Virus record (IMG/VR): IMGVR_UViG_3300008111_001458 | Length of the DNA stretch: 64,000 bases | Strand: one strand, 5' to 3' | Source of the DNA: a virus | Taxonomy: Duplodnaviria; Heunggongvirae; Uroviricota; Caudoviricetes | Part shown: positions 58,431-64,000 of the stretch, one piece after another | How the letters are laid out: the number at the start of each line of letters is the position of its first letter | How positions within the stretch are numbered: the first letter of the stretch is position 1 | Made by a program: the position numbers and the translations under genes | The notes under the pieces: generated by a model | Database searches by the model: none | The model's input: only the letters and a program-made list of their open reading frames with translations | What the model was told of the DNA's origin: nothing

Positions 58431-58959
58431 CTTCCTTAAGAAGTTCTAATAACACAACAACTCTAGGAGATGATGTGTGATTCCAAACCGAATGAGGAGT
58501 TTCTACATCTAATAAAAAACATTCCCCCTCGAACCATCTTCCTCGATAATCTCCTTCTGAGAATCCGACATCTCCGAGAGGAATAATTAGAGGAACGTGA
58601 CAAATAACATAATTTTCGTGACCTTCTTCTGTATCAGTGTGCATCGGAACAACTCCGCCTGCGTCTAAAACACTGTAACCTGCACTACGACAAGTATCAC
58701 CAAAACTTTTAACTAGTTCAGTTAATATTGGGTATCGAGATAAATTTTTATCTTCCCATTTGCCCATAATTTTAATTACAAGCATTTTCCATTTATTTTG
58801 AGGATCTAAACTGTTTCCAATATATTCGCTGTAGAGGGGAATGTTACCAGTATCGTAACCGTGAACAGTCACAAATTCATTTTTTAATTTTGGTATAAAT
58901 TTATTAATTTTATCTTTAAAAATAAATTTGTTTATGTCATAGATCATTCCACTCTCCAT
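58414..58959 (-). CDS. Aspartyl/asparaginyl beta-hydroxylase-like cupin
   Basis: VVPMHTDTEEGHENYV ... HSVWNHTSSPRVVV resembles the Asp/Asn beta-hydroxylase family. Confidence 0.45.
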   Translation of the reverse strand: MESGMIYDINKFIFKDKINKFIPKLKNEFVTVHGYDTGNIPLYSEYIGNSLDPQNKWKMLVIKIMGKWEDKNLSRYPILTELVKSFGDTCRSAGYSVLDAGGVVPMHTDTEEGHENYVICHVPLIIPLGDVGFSEGDYRGRWFEGECFLLDVETPHSVWNHTSSPRVVVLLELLKEDVYEI

Positions 58960-60271
58960 CCATGTGCCACGAAGGAAGTGAATCTTTATAAATCTCCGAT
59001 GCCTTATTTACAGTAACAATAATGGCATTGGGATTATATTCTTTAATTTTTTTGAACAATAGATTCTCATTATATATTCTGTGTCTTAATGGAACAAAAG
59101 GTGCTACGGGATCGTAATTAAAAATATGACTAAGATGCACAATAGTAGAAGGCACTGCATCTAGCCAATCGCTTACTTCGAGATTTTTGTTAAGAACTAA
59201 ATCTTGATGAGAAAATTCGAATTTAACGACTTTACTAATGTCACTCCAAATTACAGGATCAATCCGTTGTTCAACACCAGTTAACGTTATCCACTCTTGT
59301 TTTTTATTTTTTAAAAAACTTGATCTTTTATTAACATACGTTTTTACAAATTCTAAATAATTCAACCCGTCCCAATTCTTTATAATATATTCCATACACT
59401 CTAAAGCAAACAAATTATAATCTACAAAACGAACAACGGTATTTTTATCATATCCATATTCTAAAAGATATTCTATAAACTGCAATCCACTTGCTTGAAT
59501 TACTAATTGTTGTATTGGTGTACTACAATTAATTTTTATAACTTCTTCTGTATTGTAAGGATAGAATAATGTTTGTGAGGCAACCTCGTTTTTGCCGTAT
59601 AGATAATCGCACGATTTTATAAACGCAGGTTCATAATTAGGATAATAGTATCTTTTGTTTTTTCTGAAACGATCTGCAAATGGTTTCACAAATTTATTAT
59701 TAGCAAACGCAACACTAAGAATGTTCCAGCCGTGCCATTTGTGTTTATATTGACGTTCGGTATCGCCACCGGTTACCCAGATAGGAGTATAATCGTCGTG
59801 AATATTTTCTTCACTGCGTCTGGGTGCTATCTGTGTATGAGCTGAATAATATTCAAATTTTCCTATAACAGGACAACCTAATTCTTTGTAAGTTTTTAGA
59901 TTGATTATGTAGCATTGTTCGTGTAATTCATAATAACCATCATCCCTATCTGGTATATGACCCCAGATAAAAAATTCTTTGCCGCTGTAGACTTCCTTTT
60001 CGACTTCATGGAAAAATTCATCACCGTTGATGAACTCTGTGCCTGTACTTAATACAACTGCATGTGTATATTCTTTGGCGGCTTCTTGTAACATAGCATC
60101 TTCATCTAATCCTTGAATAATATTAAATCCGTGACCAAGAATCTTACTAAGAACATAATCCGACATGTTCCTCATCAATTCGGCAGTCCATTTAGTTTGG
60201 CACTGACTAATTCTGTCCAAAAATATATAGACTATATCTGAAGATCCTTCGGGTGTATTAAATTTTACCAT
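58937..60271 (-). CDS. Hypothetical protein
   Basis: 444-aa ORF. Confidence 0.4.
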   Translation of the reverse strand: MVKFNTPEGSSDIVYIFLDRISQCQTKWTAELMRNMSDYVLSKILGHGFNIIQGLDEDAMLQEAAKEYTHAVVLSTGTEFINGDEFFHEVEKEVYSGKEFFIWGHIPDRDDGYYELHEQCYIINLKTYKELGCPVIGKFEYYSAHTQIAPRRSEENIHDDYTPIWVTGGDTERQYKHKWHGWNILSVAFANNKFVKPFADRFRKNKRYYYPNYEPAFIKSCDYLYGKNEVASQTLFYPYNTEEVIKINCSTPIQQLVIQASGLQFIEYLLEYGYDKNTVVRFVDYNLFALECMEYIIKNWDGLNYLEFVKTYVNKRSSFLKNKKQEWITLTGVEQRIDPVIWSDISKVVKFEFSHQDLVLNKNLEVSDWLDAVPSTIVHLSHIFNYDPVAPFVPLRHRIYNENLLFKKIKEYNPNAIIVTVNKASEIYKDSLPSWHMDGEWNDL

Positions 60272-60737
60272 ATTGATTATTATAACATCTTACTAACATT
60301 TCACAAAACTCGGCAGTTCTATGTCCCAATATAATGTTAGCAATCATATGCACTCTTGGTTTACTGCTACGATTAAAAACGGCATGTTTTTTGCTTATAT
60401 TGATCATAATTATCTTTCCTTCTTTCCAAGGAACTTTCTTATCTTCTATAAACATCTCGCAATTATTTGGATGAGCTATAGCAATATTAATTGGTAGAAT
60501 AGATAATAATGGATCCATATCCAGTGGAATCTCGCCGTCGGTGTGCCAGTTTATATTACTCCATCCGTGTAAACAACAACCGCTCCATCCTTCGCTATAT
60601 CCTTCTCTATATTCTTGATAATGAGGCTCTGCTTCTAATGCCTGTTGTTTCCAGATATCTGCATTAAAAGAAATATCTAATTCTAACCAAGGTATATCTG
60701 ATCTTAATATTTTACGTGCTTGTTCTATGCTATCCAT
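60258..60737 (-). CDS. Cupin-like hydroxylase (related to 58414-58959)
   Basis: NWHTDGE ... HAVFNRSSKPRVHMI parallels the previous cupin. Confidence 0.4.
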   Translation of the reverse strand: MDSIEQARKILRSDIPWLELDISFNADIWKQQALEAEPHYQEYREGYSEGWSGCCLHGWSNINWHTDGEIPLDMDPLLSILPINIAIAHPNNCEMFIEDKKVPWKEGKIIMINISKKHAVFNRSSKPRVHMIANIILGHRTAEFCEMLVRCYNNQYGKI

Positions 60738-61303
60738 GATTTAAAAATTTCTAAAGATTCTGCTATTGTTAGTCCCGCTTCTGGATTCTCTTTCCTACTA
60801 ATGTCACAACTAATTAACCAACGCGGTTCCCAAACATTATTGTGAATGTTATGTGGAATGCCAGTTTGCACGATTGTAGGCCATTTAACCACGTGAGAAT
60901 ATAAATGATTAACTTGGTTAGGGTGGTATTGTATGTAAGGTGTACCTGCTTGGGTATCCGTAGTTTCAAATGGTTGCTCGCCCTCTTTAAGTTTGTACCA
61001 ATGCATCATACTACCAGCACCCTGTACACACCAATTCATAACAGCACGGTCTGCGTCAGGAGAATGTCCGTCAATGTGTATACCGCATTGCTTGCCTTTA
61101 GGTGTGTAAAAAATAAGAGGAGGATAAGTTATTACTAATCCTAAACTATCAAGCCAGGATCGAAACTCATCAGATACGTCACTATGATTAGCAAACCATA
61201 TTTCTGTTTGGTCGCCTGTTTGATTTAATATAGCAGGGTTTACTAACGGATGAGATATCGGTATAGATAAATCGATAGCATAATTAGTGTTCACTTTTGC
61301 CAT
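60725..61303 (-). CDS. Cupin / 2OG-Fe(II)-oxygenase-like protein
   Basis: CGIHIDGH (H-x-D) ... IPHNIHN candidate facial triad. Confidence 0.4.
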   Translation of the reverse strand: MAKVNTNYAIDLSIPISHPLVNPAILNQTGDQTEIWFANHSDVSDEFRSWLDSLGLVITYPPLIFYTPKGKQCGIHIDGHSPDADRAVMNWCVQGAGSMMHWYKLKEGEQPFETTDTQAGTPYIQYHPNQVNHLYSHVVKWPTIVQTGIPHNIHNNVWEPRWLISCDISRKENPEAGLTIAESLEIFKSWIA

Positions 61304-61854
61304 CCAAAGAAATTAAACATATATTTTGTTTCAAGTCCCATATTCAGTCCGCCATGCCAATTTTGCCAATCATCCCAACGATAAACATCTCCTTGTTTAG
61401 GATCGTATATAGCATGATTTTCAATTATTGATACCTGACCAAAGCTAGGCTCGCATATATAGCAAGTATAATGAACAATTGGTCCTTTTGATAACCATTC
61501 TTTTTCCTGGTTGGGCATCTTATAATCGGGATGCCAAGGAACTATATACCCTGGAGGAACGGCACTAACCCAACAGCCTGCAGGTTCACAATTTATCCAT
61601 TTAGAAAAATTTTCAACCCATACATTAGAAAAATGCTCATAAGGCAAATAATCAATCCATTTTGCTGCGGCATTATTTTTATCATAACCTGCATTTTCCC
61701 AAATCTTAATTAGTTTTTCTACTTTGGGATTTCCTAAATGTATATCATCTTCCTGATCGTTTCCTCTTAATCTAGGAGGTATTAATTTAAGATGATTTAT
61801 TAAATCTTCCCATTTCATTGTTTTATTTGAATTTCCAATGTATGTGGCCATCAC
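61291..61854 (-). CDS. Hypothetical protein, paralog of 61851-62396
   Basis: Shares the C-terminal block Y-x-WD-x5-H-G-G-x-N-x-GL-x4-MF-x-F-x-G. Confidence 0.4.
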   Translation of the reverse strand: MMATYIGNSNKTMKWEDLINHLKLIPPRLRGNDQEDDIHLGNPKVEKLIKIWENAGYDKNNAAAKWIDYLPYEHFSNVWVENFSKWINCEPAGCWVSAVPPGYIVPWHPDYKMPNQEKEWLSKGPIVHYTCYICEPSFGQVSIIENHAIYDPKQGDVYRWDDWQNWHGGLNMGLETKYMFNFFGWQK

Positions 61855-62396
61855 TTTATTCCTAAAAAATGAAACATAAATTGATCATGGAGCCCGCAGT
61901 TACCACCTGCATGATAATCTAAGTAATGGTCCCACTGATATGTATTACCAGAAAGTTCGCAATGAAAACATTGATTTTTACAAACAAAAACTCCTCCCGG
62001 ATAAGGGTGACTGATAAAAGTACTGAACCGAATTACTTCTCCCTGAGATAGATATTCTTCAATGTTATCATCGATGTCTTGATGTATTGGAGCATATTTT
62101 CCTGGACGTATTTTACTAATCCATGCTCTAGCACATTTCATTCCAACAAATTTTTCAAATTCTATAACACACGAATTATCAAAATGTTTTATAGGATAAT
62201 AATTAAACCACTCAACAGTGTCAACTTTATTATAGCCCGCATCAATCAACATTTGGATGTTATTGTCAAATCGACCATCAAAGTTCTTATAAAAGTCTAC
62301 ACCAAACGCTCTCCGATCGCCTTCTTCAATACATAAAGAGTCAATTATACTATCCCATTTTCCTGCAAAAAAATTACCTATAAACTTAATTGACAT
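61851..62396 (-). CDS. Hypothetical protein, paralog of 61291-61854 (possible metal site HQDIDD)
   Basis: APIHQDIDD ... WDHYLDYHAGGNCGLHDQFMFHFLG. Confidence 0.4.
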   Translation of the reverse strand: MSIKFIGNFFAGKWDSIIDSLCIEEGDRRAFGVDFYKNFDGRFDNNIQMLIDAGYNKVDTVEWFNYYPIKHFDNSCVIEFEKFVGMKCARAWISKIRPGKYAPIHQDIDDNIEEYLSQGEVIRFSTFISHPYPGGVFVCKNQCFHCELSGNTYQWDHYLDYHAGGNCGLHDQFMFHFLGIK

Positions 62397-62413
62397 TTAA
62401 TCCTCATATCTTA

Positions 62414-62941
62414 TTACATATTCTTTAAATTTATTATCTTCTGATCATTAAATGCATAAATTGGGTAATCTTTTAATATCTTAGGATATATTTTTTCCCC
62501 AGTTATCTCTTTTGCAATATAAAAAGAATCTTGATCGTAATGAGGAGTTAATAAAACATTATATCTTTCCGGACTTTTAGGATATGTGAAGTCAATAGTT
62601 ATATCATGATGAGCATCGACCGGACCTGTTTGAAGATATAGGCCTCCCCCGATAATTTGTTTAAATGGCAAAGATTCTAAAATTTCTATTAATTCTGGCA
62701 TTAATTCTTTGATTCCGGGTCGATAGTAAGTTGGATCGTTATCGGTGAGATCTTGAAGTTTATCTTCTGTAAAAATTTGAGAAGCATCTCTCCAATCGGT
62801 CACTGCCTTTCTAACAACTAATGGACATAATAAAGCATTAGGTATAATATTTTTATCCAAATAATTCTTCTTAACATATTCTATGAGTAAATCTTGATCA
62901 GGAATTTTACATTTAATATCAATGGGAGTGTATATTATCAT
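62414..62941 (-). CDS. Hypothetical protein
   Basis: 175-aa ORF. Confidence 0.35.
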   Translation of the reverse strand: MIIYTPIDIKCKIPDQDLLIEYVKKNYLDKNIIPNALLCPLVVRKAVTDWRDASQIFTEDKLQDLTDNDPTYYRPGIKELMPELIEILESLPFKQIIGGGLYLQTGPVDAHHDITIDFTYPKSPERYNVLLTPHYDQDSFYIAKEITGEKIYPKILKDYPIYAFNDQKIINLKNM

Positions 62942-63675
62942 AATAATTCAAAGTTTTCTGGAAGCATTTTATTAAGTGTGTCTTTAGATTCTTTTTCGAT
63001 ATTAAATTTAACAAATGTTTTCCCATACTCAAACTTATTTATAAGCCCACTCTTATCAAAATGATTTAATAACGGACTTAATTTCTCATCAAAAATAAAC
63101 CTCGCATGTTCGTCAGTAATATCATTAAACTTAATGCATACCGGAACGCTGTTTTTAAGAATATTGTTTTTTAATAACTGTCTAACAACTAATTGTATTC
63201 TTGTGACTCGTCCAACATTCATCGCTGTATGCCTAATCCCGGCATTCATGTTGTACCAAAATCCGTCTGTTGTTAACTTATACAACACGTTGTTTTCTAA
63301 ATCTATCAAAAACGATTCATCAGAACATAAATTTAGATGATACCGATCATCTATATCAGCGTGTCCCTGGTAACATTTACCAGGTTCTAAAATTATTATC
63401 CTAGCTTCACCGATCGGTTCATTGATTGTTTTTAAAATAGATTCCCAAATAGTATTTTTAAATTCCTCTTTAATTTTCCAAGGATCATAAAAGAAAGAAT
63501 CTGTTGGTTGATTGATTGTATATCTAAAGTTATCACTGGGAATTTCTTTCAATGCAATTTCGATTAAATCTAAAGAAACTTGATAGTTAGTTTTTGTTAA
63601 CATGAAATATTTATATGCTACTATAACCCAGTTAAATAGTTCATGAACTATAATCATAATACATTTTGTATGCAT
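62938..63675 (-). CDS. Cupin-like protein
   Basis: CYQGHADIDD ... IRHTAMNVG candidate HxD...H. Confidence 0.4.
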   Translation of the reverse strand: MHTKCIMIIVHELFNWVIVAYKYFMLTKTNYQVSLDLIEIALKEIPSDNFRYTINQPTDSFFYDPWKIKEEFKNTIWESILKTINEPIGEARIIILEPGKCYQGHADIDDRYHLNLCSDESFLIDLENNVLYKLTTDGFWYNMNAGIRHTAMNVGRVTRIQLVVRQLLKNNILKNSVPVCIKFNDITDEHARFIFDEKLSPLLNHFDKSGLINKFEYGKTFVKFNIEKESKDTLNKMLPENFELL

Positions 63676-64000
63676 CCTTTTACAGGATTAGCAACACGTG
63701 AAGACGGCGCAATTAAAGTTTGTTGTCGCAGTTATCCTATTGGATTTATACAAGATGCTTCTTTAGAAGATCATTGGAATAATGATACTATGAGACGCAT
63801 TCGTAAACAAGTTTTAAACGGAGAACGTCCTCCGGAGTGTGAACCTTGTTTTAGTTTAGAAGATCAAGGGGTTGAAAGTTTAAGACAGCGACACATTAAA
63901 GGAGAAATTCCAGAAGCACGTATTAATCTTTATCCTAATTCATTAAAGAAAATGGATCAAGATTTTACAATGCCTTTCGAAATTCCAACAATAGAGATTA
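63671..64000 (+). CDS. Cys-rich protein, 5' fragment (continues past the window end); possibly SPASM-like or a radical-SAM partner
   Basis: MHPFTGLATREDGAIKVCCRSYPIG ... PPECEPCFSLED. Open to the window edge. Confidence 0.3.

Overview
The window reads as part of a large, AT-rich dsDNA phage genome, probably a marine T4-like myovirus. There are no cellular housekeeping operons, genes overlap by ATGA/TAATG junctions, and consensus sigma70-type early promoters recur. From 1 to about 38.9 kb almost everything is on the + strand: the nrdA C-terminus, nrdB and a glutaredoxin, followed by a run of auxiliary and host-takeover genes. That run includes peroxiredoxin AhpC with an AhpD-like partner, PstS with a phosphate-type porin, a DEDDh exonuclease, GMP reductase, DnaK, Hsp20, ClpS, heme oxygenase with a ferredoxin-dependent bilin reductase, a ClpP-like protease, IF-1 and ribosomal protein bS21. 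Three different peptidoglycan-active enzymes and many small secreted or membrane proteins are scattered through it. From 38.9 to 64 kb lies a mostly minus-strand accessory island that is very rich in radical-SAM genes: four B12-binding radical-SAM paralogs, two further radical-SAM proteins with Cys-rich C-terminal regions plus a Cys-rich partial ORF at the window edge, SAM decarboxylase, a methyltransferase, a class-III aminotransferase, an SDR, two GDSL hydrolases and about eight cupin / 2OG-oxygenase / Asp-beta-hydroxylase-like paralogs. Three observations stand out. First, a circularly permuted (two-piece) tmRNA gene sits at 4244-4672, with the acceptor/T-arm/ACCA piece upstream of the 5' end and the tag reading frame. 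Second, a free-standing 23-codon PqqA-like peptide gene has its own RBS and terminator and no pqqBCDE next to it. Third, seven small tandem paralogs share a C-terminal W-C-x-E ... F-x-N-E-x-D-A-x-x-F-x-L-K-W motif. Host and product assignments rest on remembered family motifs only; no searches were run.
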